Shown: positions 28,447 to 39,726, counted from the first letter of the stretch. The stretch: DNA of 64,000 nucleotides from Bacillaceae bacterium (GCA_041640555.1 JBEQAB010000016.1:1224-65223); one strand, 5' to 3'. Numbers and translations: made by a program. The notes: a model not told the origin generated them from the sequence alone.

Positions 28447-29466
28447 CTAGAAGCTTTTTGATGTGGTTGACCCTCTTACAATAAGTTTCGTTCCTAGCGT
28501 GATGACCTGTGGGTCTGTTTTTCCATCAAGCATACTAATTAATAGCTGCCCTGCTTGAAAGCCTAACTGATAAAAATTTTGAGAAATCGTAGTTAAAGGT
28601 GGGGTAGCATAAGAAGCTAATAGGATATCATCGTATCCTATTATTGAAACATCCTCTGGAACTCGCAATCCCAATTCTTTCGCAGACGTAATGACACCTA
28701 ATGCCATTAAATCACTTGCACAAAAAATAGCACTAATATCTGGATATTTCGTTAGAAGTTCCTTCGCAGCAAGTGAAGCCGAATGTTCTTCAAACTTCCC
28801 ATTATAAATCCACTCTTGGTTCACTGGGATATTAGATTCCTCTAATGCCATTTTATAGCCTTCTAAGCGTTTTTTGCTAACAAAAGCTTTACTGTGCCCA
28901 TTAACCATAGCAATGTTTCGATGTCCAAGCTCGATCAGATGCTCAACAGCCTTTTTGGCTCCTGCCACATTATCAGTTGTGACATAACCAACATTATCGG
29001 AGTGAACAGGGATATCGATCAACACACATGGAATATCACTTTCAACAACTTCCAACAGATATGGATCATCTGTTTTAATTCCTTGAATAATGACTCCATC
29101 TACCCTTCTTTCTCTACAAAGTTGAGTGTATGTCTTTTCACGTTGCTTGGAAGAATTCGTGTTAAAAACTACTAAATCATAGTCACTTTCTGACGCAGAC
29201 GAGTTGATTCCTGATAGGATAGAAAAAATAATCTGATCCTTTTCGCTTTCCCGATTCAAACCGGATACTAATAAACCAATTGTTTTGGAGACATTCATTA
29301 CAAGTCCCCTAGCGAGAGTATTAGGACTGTAATTTAGCTCCTTTGCTAGAGTCATAATTTTTTTCCTTGTCTTCTCACTAACATCTGAATAACCATTTAA
29401 TGCTCTGGAAACTGTAGTGACAGATACCCCAGCTGCTTTTGCTATATCTTTAATCGTTGTAGTCAT
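28447..29466 (-). CDS. LacI-family transcriptional repressor
   Basis: 339 aa from ATG 29466. N-terminal HTH MTTTIKDIAKAAGVSVTTVSRALNG, then a periplasmic-binding-protein-like effector domain. Confidence 0.9.
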   Translation of the reverse strand: MTTTIKDIAKAAGVSVTTVSRALNGYSDVSEKTRKKIMTLAKELNYSPNTLARGLVMNVSKTIGLLVSGLNRESEKDQIIFSILSGINSSASESDYDLVVFNTNSSKQREKTYTQLCRERRVDGVIIQGIKTDDPYLLEVVESDIPCVLIDIPVHSDNVGYVTTDNVAGAKKAVEHLIELGHRNIAMVNGHSKAFVSKKRLEGYKMALEESNIPVNQEWIYNGKFEEHSASLAAKELLTKYPDISAIFCASDLMALGVITSAKELGLRVPEDVSIIGYDDILLASYATPPLTTISQNFYQLGFQAGQLLISMLDGKTDPQVITLGTKLIVRGSTTSKSF

Positions 29467-29473
29467 ACAATCC

Positions 29474-29489
29474 TCCAAAACGTTTCGGA
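29474..29489. promoter_or_regulatory. LacI-type operator upstream of the repressor gene (autoregulation)
   Basis: TCCAAAACGTTTCGGA, 8 bp upstream of the lacI-like start codon. Confidence 0.6.
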
Positions 29490-29558
29490 AATATCTGTAC
29501 ATGTAGAATACTAAATTACGCAACCGTTTTCAATCTTTTTTTATAAATTCTTTTAACC

Positions 29559-29593
29559 AAAAACCGACCTTTTTTCATAAAAAAGGTCGGTTT
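29559..29593 (-). terminator. terminator after the large GH32 gene
   Basis: AAACCGACCTTTTTT-atg-AAAAAAGGTCGGTTT palindrome. Confidence 0.8.
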
Positions 29594-29603
29594 CATTCAT
29601 TTA

Positions 29604-32600
29604 TTACTTAAAGCCAGCTGAACTGACCCACTGCTGAGCCTCTTCTTCAGGGCTCCAATCATTGAGAATCAAACGTCCGTCTTTCGATATTTCAAGTGCC
29701 TTTCCGTTATGAACAGAAGTAATTCTCAATGTTCCGTTATCATTTTTTGAAAGGATCCAACGCTGATTATTATAGCCGAGATAATGATATAGCTGTATTT
29801 TATTTTGACCGGTATCATAATCAAGTGCTTTGCCACCCTCGGTTCGGATCGAGTACGAATCATGCTCATCACCAGTTGGAACCAACGTCCAATTGGTAGC
29901 ATTATCTGAGTCGGATACAGTCACTGGCTCTCCATTTTGAGACGAAGCTGTATATATGGCTTGATTTGTTGCTTTATTTGTAAAGCTTGTTTTCATTAAA
30001 TTTGCCTCTGTCATTTGGCTAACTTTCACATTCTGATAAGAGGCTTGACCTCCAAATACATTGACGCCAAAATGTCCTTCTGCAAAGGTGCCATCCTTTT
30101 TATCTATGATTTTTTGTCCATCTACTGTGATCAGAATGCGAGGGCCTTTTGCTTCAATTTTTACCTTATACGTTTTTCCTGGTTGTATAAAGGCAGGTAC
30201 TCTCCCTATGACCATCCGATCTTCAAAGCGACCATCTATTTTGTAAAACAAACGAAAAGCTTTCATATTCGGATCAAGATTGAAGTAGTATCCGCTTCTT
30301 CCGTCTTGACTAGCCCTGAACAAAATGGACCCCGCTCCACCTGATTCACCTAGCATCATATCAGCTTCATACATAAAGTCTCCAGCCGATTCACTAGCGA
30401 CATAATTGGCATCACTTGTATACGTTCCACGAATACCATTTTCTGTGACGGTCCATTTGGAAGCAGAGATATCTGACTTCCATCCTGAAAGATTCGTATA
30501 AAACTCCCCTTCAAATACCCTCACAACAACACTTTCAGAAGTTTTCCCATTTGGGGTAAAGGCGGTAATAACCGCTTCTCCTTTCCGACCGGCTTTAAGT
30601 ACTGCCTTGGAGTTAACTGAGGAGGCAATCTTTACTATATTCGGGTTGCTAGATTTCCATTTAATGGGCTGCGTACCTTTTCCTTTTCCAGTCTCCATGG
30701 ATGCGAATAAAGTAAGTTCATCACCCTTGCTCATCTCTCTTTGTTTTGTATCCATGACAATTTTTTCAGTCTCGGTATTGCCTTCCGTCCAAGTGTTCGC
30801 TAGAGAATGGACTTTTAAGGAATGTACATTCACTTCTCCACCCTTCGTGTAAAAGCTCATGCTACGACTGGATGGATCTGGGAAAATAACATCAGAAAAA
30901 ACTACTTTTCCGTCATTTGCAAATACTTCAATGGATGAATCATCTACAAAAATATTCAGTTTGATACGCTCATTTTCTGGCTTTAATGGTGCTTCATGTA
31001 AAGTAGAAAAAGAGCTAGAGAAATCCGTCTCTCCTGATTCTGCACGATTAACAAATATTTGATTTTCCGTTGTTTTGTATCCTACAACGGTTTTTTCCTC
31101 CACACCTTCGCGAACTTGAAAACCAAATTCGGTTGTGGGGCTATTAGATGAGATTTCTATTTCCGCCTCAATCTCAAATGCTCCGGAAGAGAGTCCTTTT
31201 AGCAGGTTCGTAGCATTGGTTGGATGGATAACTTTGTTCTGCGAATCAAAGATAGTGTTTCGAATGGACTGCAGTTCCTTAATTGGAGCTTGTGCGAGTC
31301 TGATTCCTTCCTCCGTTTTCACCAATCTGACTTCCCTTGGTATCGACAACTCACCCTTCCAACCGGTCGTTGGAAAAGCAAATGGATAATCCCAGTTTGT
31401 CATCCACGCCATCATCACCCGTCGATTATCTGGCATATCGGCAAAGGACATGGATGCGTAAAACTCTTTCCCGTAATCTGTTTTGAGTACTTTTCCTGCC
31501 GCATGGTCATTGACAAATTTTCCATCAGCCGTTAACTGCCCGATAAAATACTCTGCATCAGAGCCTTGCGTCTTCGGATTTGCTCCAGAGCTGATCATGA
31601 GAACCCACTTTTTCTCTTCTGTACCGTCTACCTGAAGCTCAAACAGATCAGGACATTCCCACACGCCCCCACGAACATAATCTCCATATCCGAAATTATC
31701 CGTAAGTGTCCAATCTATTAAATTGGTGGACGTAAAGAAGCGAATATGATCTCCTCCTGATACAACCATCACCCACCGATTATTGGCCTCATCACGTACC
31801 ACCTTCGGATCACGGAAGTCCCAGCCACCTGGGTCGTCCCCATTCTTACCTGGATTTTCAATCACAATCGGGTGTTCCGTTGAATATTTCCAAGTTCGTC
31901 CCTGATCCGTGCTATATGCTAGACCAATTCGTTGGTTGCCATTCCATCCATCCGGATTAAACGAAGTGTAATAAGCAATTAGCCCTTTACCACCCGTATG
32001 AGTGAAAAGACCGGAAGCATTATTCATATCCGCAATAGCTGAACCTGACCAAACATGACCGTGATCATTCCACGGTAGTGCAATAGGAAGTCGTTTCCAA
32101 TTCACCAAATCTGTACTTACTGCATGAGCCCAAGTCCCTCCATCTTGGTGAAATAAATGATATTCACCTTCGTAATAGACAAGCCCATTCGGGTCACTAA
32201 CCGAGCCACGAGCTGGAGTATAATGATAATCTGGTCGATATTTTTCTTTATAATAGCTTGTAGTTGGAACCACATACACATCTTGGAAGGCAGCTGACCC
32301 AGAGGTTACCGTGAATCCTAGCAATCCAGTTGAATAGGTTGTATCTGAAATTGTCACAGCCGCCTCAGAATATCCATCCACATACAGCTCGATTTGATCA
32401 CCGTTTGCAATAACCTCTAGATGATGTTTGCTCCCTTCTTGGGAAGGAAACGCCATTTCAGAGGTTTTCAGAATCGTACCATCCATCTTCTTCAATTGTA
32501 CTTTAACTGTGTTTCCTGCCTTAATTAGTACAGCCTCATATCCCTCTGTTCCTTGTTCATTTGTTCGAAAGGCGAGTGCTGCTTCTGATTGTTGCTCATC

Positions 32601-33386
32601 AAAAGAAATATTCCCTTCAAGAACAAAGTCACTTTCACTCGTATCAAAGACATTTTTTGCTTTTACATCATCCACAGCTATTCCTTTTAAGCCATGAATG
32701 GATGGTTCCCAAATCCCGTCCTTAACTAGAGAAGAACCTAGATTAGTAGAAAGCTCACTCACCTTTACATTTTGAAACAATGCGGAACCATTCCAGACGT
32801 TCAGTCCAAGAAACCCCTTCTCATAGATGGCATTGTTCACATCCATAACGGGCTCATATTTATTACCCCAATAGACTTTGATATTGTCTTCTACCACCTT
32901 CACCTTCAGATGATAGATTCCCCCCTCTTGCAGTGTGACTGGATATTCTTCTTTTAATCTTGTTTCGTCACGCGCATCCCGGAGTCGAATCATTCCCGCA
33001 TTCGGCACAATTTGGAGCATATAGGAGTCCCAACCATCTTCATTTGAACGAAAGACTAATGTCGCGTCTGCGTTCGTATCTATAACTTGTATATCTGCTT
33101 CATAAATAAAATCTTGAGAAGTAACACTTGAGATAGCCATTACATTCTCATTGGGTTCTGAGGTCAGCAACAATCCCTGTTGTGTGTCTTCTAATGACCC
33201 TTTTCCTTTCACTTGCCAGCCTGTTAGATTCGTATTGGCTTGTAATCCACTTTCTAAAATGGTTGCACCCTCCTTCGATTCGGTTGCCCATCCTGTCGTA
33301 GGGTGAATAGTAAAAGTTCCTACTGAGGAAGCAAGTAGTACAGCTACAAAAAATACAGAAGCCTTTTTTATGAATGTTGGTTTCAT
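29604..33386 (-). CDS. secreted multidomain GH32 fructan hydrolase (levanase/inulinase type) with lectin modules
   Basis: 1260 aa from ATG 33386 with a signal peptide. N-terminal LamG/DUF1080-like modules. GH32 core (SDPNG, FRDPKV, WECPD). Big_2-like Ig domain, a further DUF1080-like module, and a C-terminal ricin-type trefoil (QRW, QQW). Confidence 0.8.
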   Translation of the reverse strand: MKPTFIKKASVFFVAVLLASSVGTFTIHPTTGWATESKEGATILESGLQANTNLTGWQVKGKGSLEDTQQGLLLTSEPNENVMAISSVTSQDFIYEADIQVIDTNADATLVFRSNEDGWDSYMLQIVPNAGMIRLRDARDETRLKEEYPVTLQEGGIYHLKVKVVEDNIKVYWGNKYEPVMDVNNAIYEKGFLGLNVWNGSALFQNVKVSELSTNLGSSLVKDGIWEPSIHGLKGIAVDDVKAKNVFDTSESDFVLEGNISFDEQQSEAALAFRTNEQGTEGYEAVLIKAGNTVKVQLKKMDGTILKTSEMAFPSQEGSKHHLEVIANGDQIELYVDGYSEAAVTISDTTYSTGLLGFTVTSGSAAFQDVYVVPTTSYYKEKYRPDYHYTPARGSVSDPNGLVYYEGEYHLFHQDGGTWAHAVSTDLVNWKRLPIALPWNDHGHVWSGSAIADMNNASGLFTHTGGKGLIAYYTSFNPDGWNGNQRIGLAYSTDQGRTWKYSTEHPIVIENPGKNGDDPGGWDFRDPKVVRDEANNRWVMVVSGGDHIRFFTSTNLIDWTLTDNFGYGDYVRGGVWECPDLFELQVDGTEEKKWVLMISSGANPKTQGSDAEYFIGQLTADGKFVNDHAAGKVLKTDYGKEFYASMSFADMPDNRRVMMAWMTNWDYPFAFPTTGWKGELSIPREVRLVKTEEGIRLAQAPIKELQSIRNTIFDSQNKVIHPTNATNLLKGLSSGAFEIEAEIEISSNSPTTEFGFQVREGVEEKTVVGYKTTENQIFVNRAESGETDFSSSFSTLHEAPLKPENERIKLNIFVDDSSIEVFANDGKVVFSDVIFPDPSSRSMSFYTKGGEVNVHSLKVHSLANTWTEGNTETEKIVMDTKQREMSKGDELTLFASMETGKGKGTQPIKWKSSNPNIVKIASSVNSKAVLKAGRKGEAVITAFTPNGKTSESVVVRVFEGEFYTNLSGWKSDISASKWTVTENGIRGTYTSDANYVASESAGDFMYEADMMLGESGGAGSILFRASQDGRSGYYFNLDPNMKAFRLFYKIDGRFEDRMVIGRVPAFIQPGKTYKVKIEAKGPRILITVDGQKIIDKKDGTFAEGHFGVNVFGGQASYQNVKVSQMTEANLMKTSFTNKATNQAIYTASSQNGEPVTVSDSDNATNWTLVPTGDEHDSYSIRTEGGKALDYDTGQNKIQLYHYLGYNNQRWILSKNDNGTLRITSVHNGKALEISKDGRLILNDWSPEEEAQQWVSSAGFK

Positions 33387-33399
33387 CCTTTCCCCTCTC

Positions 33400-34395
33400 T
33401 TACAAATAAATGAATTTTTTCCGGTTCTCACCCATCAAACCTTTTACTTCGTCCTTGGTTGGCAAGGCTGATATAGCTCCGACCTTGGTACAAACCAATG
33501 CACCCACCATGTTGCTGAAAGAAATTACTTTTTTAAATTGCTCAAAGTCTTCTAAAACCTGTTTAGGATCCTCAAAACTAGACAACTGATAGAGAGTGGC
33601 TCCTACAAAAGCATCTCCCGCTCCTGTTGAATCAATGGAAGTGACTTTTATGCTAGGAACCAACTCACACTTTTGTCCATTGGAGATCAGGGTTCCTTCT
33701 GCCCCTAAGGTGACCGCCAAAACTTTCGCTCCCATTTGATGCAAAGCTGCAATTCCTTCCTTTACATCATCGATCCCTGAGAGAATTATTAATTCTTCCT
33801 CACTCACTTTTACAAAGTCAGCAATATCCATTCCTTGCCTTGAGCATTCTTTGAAATGATCCACTCTACCTTTCCATAGAGATGACCTATAGTTTGGATC
33901 GAACGAGAGTAATTTTCCTCTTTCCTTTGCGTCTTTCATCAAGTTGATATACGTAGATCGAAATGGTTCATTTAACAGGGCAGTTGCCGAACCGAAGTGA
34001 AGAATTCGATTCTTCATGATACTCTCTTTATCCAATTCGTCCTCTGTTACAAACGCATCTGCACCTCGGTTGAAAATAAAGTCTCTTTCGCCATCTGCCT
34101 TTAAGGATACAAACGCCTGTGTCGTTGGATGAGCTTGATCGAATAATAGTAAGGAGGTATCTATATGAACATTCTCTAACGTTTGCTTTAAAAAATACCC
34201 AAATGGATCACTTCCTACCTTGCCAGAAAACTGAGCTTTTCCCCCTAACTTTACGATCGCTGCACAAACATTGGCCGGTGCTCCACCTGCCTGTTTTTCG
34301 AAATGTTTTCCGTCTATTAAGTTCACGTCCACATCTGTACAGAAAAAATCAATCAATAATTCCCCAATACAAAACACCGATGAATTGGTTGTCAT
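33400..34395 (-). CDS. PfkB-family fructokinase
   Basis: 331 aa; GGAPANV and GAGDAFVGA motifs; sits between two GH32 genes. Confidence 0.8.
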   Translation of the reverse strand: MTTNSSVFCIGELLIDFFCTDVDVNLIDGKHFEKQAGGAPANVCAAIVKLGGKAQFSGKVGSDPFGYFLKQTLENVHIDTSLLLFDQAHPTTQAFVSLKADGERDFIFNRGADAFVTEDELDKESIMKNRILHFGSATALLNEPFRSTYINLMKDAKERGKLLSFDPNYRSSLWKGRVDHFKECSRQGMDIADFVKVSEEELIILSGIDDVKEGIAALHQMGAKVLAVTLGAEGTLISNGQKCELVPSIKVTSIDSTGAGDAFVGATLYQLSSFEDPKQVLEDFEQFKKVISFSNMVGALVCTKVGAISALPTKDEVKGLMGENRKKFIYL

Positions 34396-34441
34396 TCATC
34401 ATCAACCTACCTTTTCAACATTCTCTAATTTTCGATTTCCA

Positions 34442-35923
34442 TCATTTCTCCCAAATGGAGGAAAGCTCAGTAAGTTCTACTGAAGAGATTTTGGTGATTC
34501 CTCCCTTTGAAAAGATGACCATCTTGTTATATGGTTGATTCGGATAGACTAGACTTGTGCAAACAGCCTTTCCATCATTGGCAAATACCTCGACGGAAGA
34601 TGTATCTAGCCAAATTTGTAAGTGTAGTTGGTTGTTCTCTGTTTTTACGATTGCCTCCTGTATCGCAGCAAATGAGTCAGAGAAATGGTTGATTCCTGCA
34701 TTCACCCGGTCAACCGTCAGCTTTTCGACTACCATATCATACTGAATGATGACTTTTTCCTGAATCGAATTTTCAAAGATCACTCCAAACGAAGTAGAAT
34801 CTCTTTTTTCAAAGGAGATATTCACTTCCATTAAGCTACTAAGCAGATCACAATGAAATGAGTTGTTCGGTTCAAGTAATACTTCCTCAATAACTTCACT
34901 CTCATTTCGTAACACTTGAATCTCTGACACAACCTTCTGGACCACACGAACTCCCTCCTCAGTAGTGGTGAGGAAAAGTTCTCTAGGCAATGTCATCGCA
35001 CTACGCCACCCCTCGGTTGGGAGTAAGTTTGCATACCGCCAATTGCTCATCCAGCCGATATAAATTCTTCTACCATCATCCTCAGGTACATCCGACCAGC
35101 TTACCCCAGCGTAGTTATCTCTGCCAAAATCTAGCCAAAGAGTCTTACCATCACTATGTTCATTCACGAATGTCTTTCCATCAAATTGTCCAATGAAATA
35201 TTGTGTTCGGGATCCTTCTGGAAAGGCTGGATGATCGCCAATGCTAACAAGCATCACCCATCGCTTATTGCTTTCGTCACCGTCTACAGGTAGTTCGAAT
35301 AAATCTGGGCATTCCCACACTCCATCATGTGAACCTGCTTGATGGCCAAATTCACTAGCAAACTCCCACTCTATTAAATTAGAAGAAGTATAAAGGGTAA
35401 CTGTTTGACCAGTTGCTAAAATCATCACCCATTTGTTGGACTCCGTGTGCCAAAATACCTTTGGATCTCGGTAATCAGTAATCTCCTCGTCTGAAAGCAC
35501 GGGATTTCCTTCGTGTTTTATCCATGTTCGTCCGTTATCTTTGCTGTATGCCAAACTTTGGCGTTGTCTTGGTCTCTCAGAATCCGGATACGAATCATGG
35601 CTCGTATATATAGCTACTAATCCTGCTTTTCCATCAAAGAAGCCCGTCGTATCATTCCAATCGACCACTGCACTTCCAGAAAAAATCGTGCCATGCTCAT
35701 CCGGATGCAACGCAATCGGAAGCTGCTCCCAATGAACCAAATCTTTACTCACTGCATGACCCCAGTGCATCGGTCCCCATGTAGTACCAAATGGATGATG
35801 TTGATAGAACAAATGGTATTCTCCTTCAAAGAACACCATTCCATTTGGGTCATTCATCCACTTCTCTTCAGGGGAATAATGATATTGAGGTCTGTGCTTT
35901 TCTTTATATCGTGTTTTAATCAT
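34442..35923 (-). CDS. cytoplasmic GH32 beta-fructofuranosidase (sucrase / exo-fructanase type)
   Basis: 493 aa from ATG 35923 (AAGGAGAGG RBS); WMNDPNG, YRDPKV, WECPD motifs; no signal peptide. Confidence 0.85.
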   Translation of the reverse strand: MIKTRYKEKHRPQYHYSPEEKWMNDPNGMVFFEGEYHLFYQHHPFGTTWGPMHWGHAVSKDLVHWEQLPIALHPDEHGTIFSGSAVVDWNDTTGFFDGKAGLVAIYTSHDSYPDSERPRQRQSLAYSKDNGRTWIKHEGNPVLSDEEITDYRDPKVFWHTESNKWVMILATGQTVTLYTSSNLIEWEFASEFGHQAGSHDGVWECPDLFELPVDGDESNKRWVMLVSIGDHPAFPEGSRTQYFIGQFDGKTFVNEHSDGKTLWLDFGRDNYAGVSWSDVPEDDGRRIYIGWMSNWRYANLLPTEGWRSAMTLPRELFLTTTEEGVRVVQKVVSEIQVLRNESEVIEEVLLEPNNSFHCDLLSSLMEVNISFEKRDSTSFGVIFENSIQEKVIIQYDMVVEKLTVDRVNAGINHFSDSFAAIQEAIVKTENNQLHLQIWLDTSSVEVFANDGKAVCTSLVYPNQPYNKMVIFSKGGITKISSVELTELSSIWEK

Positions 35924-36002
35924 GCTTTTTCCTCTCCTTTTTTTATAAAATATAAGTAGAAGAAGGCTGTAAAAGGTTACAGCCTCGCTCCTATTCAGCA
36001 CA

Positions 36003-37607
36003 TTACTGATTTCTGTCATAACCTGCTTGCTTAATTTCTAGCCAATCTTGTAAACCTAAGCGGTCAAGCTCTTTTAAGTAGCTATCCCATTCTTTTTCCA
36101 CTTTTCCGTTTTGAATCCACTCTGCCCGTTTTCTCATGACGAAAGCGAACAGATCCGTTTCAATTGCCGATAGACGATCCAGGTCTTCGATTGAGAAGAA
36201 CACTCTTGGATAAATATTTTCTGCTTTCATATGTGGAACCATAACGTCCTTCAACAAACCTAATCTCCATGCAGCATCATCTGGCTTTGTTGTTACCGTA
36301 CCGTAGTACTCATCAAGGATTGCTAACGGTCCGCCGATATTTGTCTTTTGTCTTAACTCTACTGGTGCCGTACCTTCTAAAGGTAAATGCTTCAGCATAT
36401 TCGCTGCTTCGTCGTACTCAAAGATGTTCTGTTGCTTATCATCTCCGTATGTTCCCCAGTTATTTTGTACAGACTGAATCGGATCATAAAGCTCATCAAT
36501 CCACTTGGCTGTTAATTCAAGATTTTTATTGGCACTCGTAATCACCATTCTTCCACGGTCAAAGCCCATACCATTTGTTCTTGCCACATTCACTTGTCCA
36601 TCTGGACCAGCAAGTGGTTTCATCACATCGTATTTTTCGTTCATACCTGTGATATTTGCCTTATCCCATGTGAAGTAAAGACCGTAGCGATTGTCTTTTC
36701 CTTTGGCGATGTACGTATTCCAATCTTGTTCAAATGCTTCAATATCAATTAACCCTTCTGCGTATAATTCATTTAAGAATTTGATTCCTTCCTTATATCC
36801 CTCATCGGAAGCAGTGAAGGTCACTTCGCCCTCGTTTGTTACAACCGTGTGATCCCAGTTCTCACCAAGGCCGAAAGATCCAAACAAGAAAGCTAAGTCT
36901 TCCCCACCTGGCTTATTAATAAATGACATCGGAATTTCATCCGCTTTACCATTTCCATTTGGGTCCTGTGTTTTAAAAGCAATTAATACTTCTTTTAACT
37001 CTTCTGTTGTAGTTGGCATTTCTAGGCCTAATTTGTTTAGCCATTCCACGTTAATCCATGGGAGGTCATCTACAGAGTGAATGCTTTCTTTTCCAGAACC
37101 AAGCTCTTCAATCCATGGGAAAGAGTAAATATGACCATCTGGTGCCGTCATCATTGCTTTATACTCAGGTGCAGCCTCAAGGACCTTTTGCAAATTCGGC
37201 ATATACTTCTCAATTAAGTCTTCAACCGGTACAATGGCACCGTCTTTTGCAAGTTTTAAAAGGTCATAGTCTCCATATCCTGCGTCAATGATGGCATCTG
37301 GTAAATCTCCACTCGCCATTGCCAGATTTCTTTTTTCAACAAACACATCGGACGTGTAGTTTTTCCACTTAATATTCACACCTGTTTCTTCTTCTAGGCG
37401 TTGATAAATTACTTTTTCATTTGGATCCTTTGGAGCAAGCGGTGAGCTTTGGGTCATAAAGCTAAGTGTGACCTTCTCTTCAAGTGGGAAGCTCACATCC
37501 TCTAAGTTATATTCTTTTGATGCGGTTTCACTGCCTTTATTGCTACATCCAGAAGCGATTAATAAGGTAGCTAAGGTAGCAGTAGCAATCTTTTTCCCTT
37601 TTTTCAT
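36003..37607 (-). CDS. large extracellular solute-binding lipoprotein (LplA/YtcQ-like)
   Basis: 534 aa, lipobox LLIASGC, AGGAGG RBS; adjacent to LplB/LplC-type permeases. Confidence 0.8.
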   Translation of the reverse strand: MKKGKKIATATLATLLIASGCSNKGSETASKEYNLEDVSFPLEEKVTLSFMTQSSPLAPKDPNEKVIYQRLEEETGVNIKWKNYTSDVFVEKRNLAMASGDLPDAIIDAGYGDYDLLKLAKDGAIVPVEDLIEKYMPNLQKVLEAAPEYKAMMTAPDGHIYSFPWIEELGSGKESIHSVDDLPWINVEWLNKLGLEMPTTTEELKEVLIAFKTQDPNGNGKADEIPMSFINKPGGEDLAFLFGSFGLGENWDHTVVTNEGEVTFTASDEGYKEGIKFLNELYAEGLIDIEAFEQDWNTYIAKGKDNRYGLYFTWDKANITGMNEKYDVMKPLAGPDGQVNVARTNGMGFDRGRMVITSANKNLELTAKWIDELYDPIQSVQNNWGTYGDDKQQNIFEYDEAANMLKHLPLEGTAPVELRQKTNIGGPLAILDEYYGTVTTKPDDAAWRLGLLKDVMVPHMKAENIYPRVFFSIEDLDRLSAIETDLFAFVMRKRAEWIQNGKVEKEWDSYLKELDRLGLQDWLEIKQAGYDRNQ

Positions 37608-37668
37608 AAAATTGACCTCCTAAGAATTTTTGTAAGCATTTTCATTAATCTTTATAGTTAGTGGCTCA

Positions 37669-38550
37669 TTATTTCAATGAACCGACCATAACACCTTTTT
37701 CAAAGTACTTTTGGAAAAATGGATACATCACAATAAGCGGTAGACTCGATATGACAATAGATGAGTATTTAATCATTTCTGATAGCTTTTTCAGTTCAGC
37801 CATCGCCAACTGATCGCTAATCATCCCAGGATCTGTTGAGTTTTGGATCAATATGGAACGTAATACGAGCTGCAATGGATGAAGATTGGGGTCATCCAAG
37901 TAAATCATCGCATCAAAGTATGAATTCCACTGGCCAACGAATGCGTACATGGCTAAAACAAAAATAATCGGTTTGGATAGTGGCAGTACAATTTTAAAGA
38001 AGATAAGAAAATCAGAAGCCCCATCTACCTTTGCTGCTTCATGCAACTCGTATGGGATTCCCTTGAAATACGTTCTTGCAAGGATGATATTCCACACATT
38101 GATGGCACCTGGGAGAATGATCGCCCAAATCGTATTTAACATCCCTAAGTCTTTTACAAGCAGGTAGGTTGGTATCAATCCACCGCTAAAAAACATCGTG
38201 ATGATAAACATCGTCATAAAGAAGTTTTTTCCGACAAACCCGTTAACGGAAAGTGGATAGGCTGCGAACAGTGATACAACAACGGTAACAACCGCAAAGC
38301 CAACCGAATACAGAACCGAATTAATAAAGCCTTTTAGCATGGCATCATTTCCAAGGATGAGCTTATAGCCTTTCAAACTCCAATCCGAGAGATTAAACGA
38401 GATTCCTTTATTTAATAGAACAGTTGGATCCATAAATGAGGCTAATACCACATACACTAAAGGAACCAATACGACTAACACTGCTAGAAAGAGAAAGATA
38501 TTATTTAAGGTTAATATCATCCGGTCCATCCGCGTATACTTGATATTCAT
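37669..38550 (-). CDS. carbohydrate ABC permease (LplC-like)
   Basis: Start ATG 38550 (AAAGGAG RBS); EAA loop HEAAKVDGASDFLIFFKIVLP. Confidence 0.85.
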   Translation of the reverse strand: MNIKYTRMDRMILTLNNIFLFLAVLVVLVPLVYVVLASFMDPTVLLNKGISFNLSDWSLKGYKLILGNDAMLKGFINSVLYSVGFAVVTVVVSLFAAYPLSVNGFVGKNFFMTMFIITMFFSGGLIPTYLLVKDLGMLNTIWAIILPGAINVWNIILARTYFKGIPYELHEAAKVDGASDFLIFFKIVLPLSKPIIFVLAMYAFVGQWNSYFDAMIYLDDPNLHPLQLVLRSILIQNSTDPGMISDQLAMAELKKLSEMIKYSSIVISSLPLIVMYPFFQKYFEKGVMVGSLK

Positions 38551-38569
38551 TGGTCTAACTCCTTTCTGA

Positions 38570-39556
38570 TTAATATAATCCTTCACCTTCATTCAGTTTC
38601 TTTACGATATAGTTCACGACAACTAGAAGGATAACGTTAATGATTGAGTTAAATAACCCAACTGCTGCTGAGTAAGCATAATCGCCTGCTTGTAAACCCA
38701 CTTTGTAAACATAGGTTGGAAGAATTTCAGAAGTTGGTAGGTTCATCGATGTTTGCATCAAATACGCTTTTTCAAATCCAATCGCCATAATTCCCCCTGC
38801 ACCTAAGATGAACGTTACAGCCATCAATGGTTTTAAGGTTGGCAAATCGATATGAATCATTCTTTGTATAATATTGGCTCCATCCAGAGTAGCAGCATTA
38901 TGCAATTCAGGATCCACATTCGCTAGAGCCGCTACATAAATAATGGATGACCAGCCGGCTGCTTGCCAGATTCCAGATAAGATATAGATACTTCTAAAAT
39001 AATCCGGGTCAGACAAGAACCCAATCGGCTCCCCCGTCAGCATCGTGACCACCTGATTGATAGGACCTGTTGGTGATAAAAAGATAAAAAGCATCCCCAC
39101 AATAACAACGACAGAGATAAAATTAGGTGCGTACAGGACAAGCTGAACATTCTTTTTAATAGCCGCTCGTCGTACTTGATTCAACATCAGTGCAAGGATG
39201 ATGGGTATCGGGAACCCAAGAAGTAGCCCGTAAAAACTAAGTTTCAGTGTGCTCATAAAAATCGTTCCAAAGTTTGGTGAGGACAAAAACTTTGTAAAGT
39301 TTTCAAATCCAACCCATTCGCTACCCAGTATTCCTTTGATCGTACTAAAATCTTTAAAAGCAATGATCGCACCGTACATAGGAATATATTTAAAAATGAT
39401 CGTGAGAATAATAGCGGGCGCAATTAACAAATAGAGAAAGTAGTTTTCTCGGATATAACGAAATTTCTTGCTTAGTTTGACCCCTCTTTTCTCCGACTGA
39501 ATCTGGATTACAGCATCTTTGCCTGCTTCCGCTTTTATTAATTCCTGCATTTTCAT
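38570..39556 (-). CDS. carbohydrate ABC permease (LplB-like)
   Basis: 328 aa; EAA loop HNAATLDGANIIQRMIHIDLP. Confidence 0.85.
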   Translation of the reverse strand: MKMQELIKAEAGKDAVIQIQSEKRGVKLSKKFRYIRENYFLYLLIAPAIILTIIFKYIPMYGAIIAFKDFSTIKGILGSEWVGFENFTKFLSSPNFGTIFMSTLKLSFYGLLLGFPIPIILALMLNQVRRAAIKKNVQLVLYAPNFISVVVIVGMLFIFLSPTGPINQVVTMLTGEPIGFLSDPDYFRSIYILSGIWQAAGWSSIIYVAALANVDPELHNAATLDGANIIQRMIHIDLPTLKPLMAVTFILGAGGIMAIGFEKAYLMQTSMNLPTSEILPTYVYKVGLQAGDYAYSAAVGLFNSIINVILLVVVNYIVKKLNEGEGLY

Positions 39557-39726
39557 AACCTCCCATCTAGTTTTCTACTAAAGACCTAAGAAAGTAAGGG
39601 GTTACATTTTCTGTTTATGATGACATTCACCAAGCCCTAGTTTTCTTTCTTGGTTTAACTATAACAGGAGGAGGAAAGACGATATTTTGAGTTCTTCGGA
39701 ATTCCATGTTTAAAATTTTCGGCACA

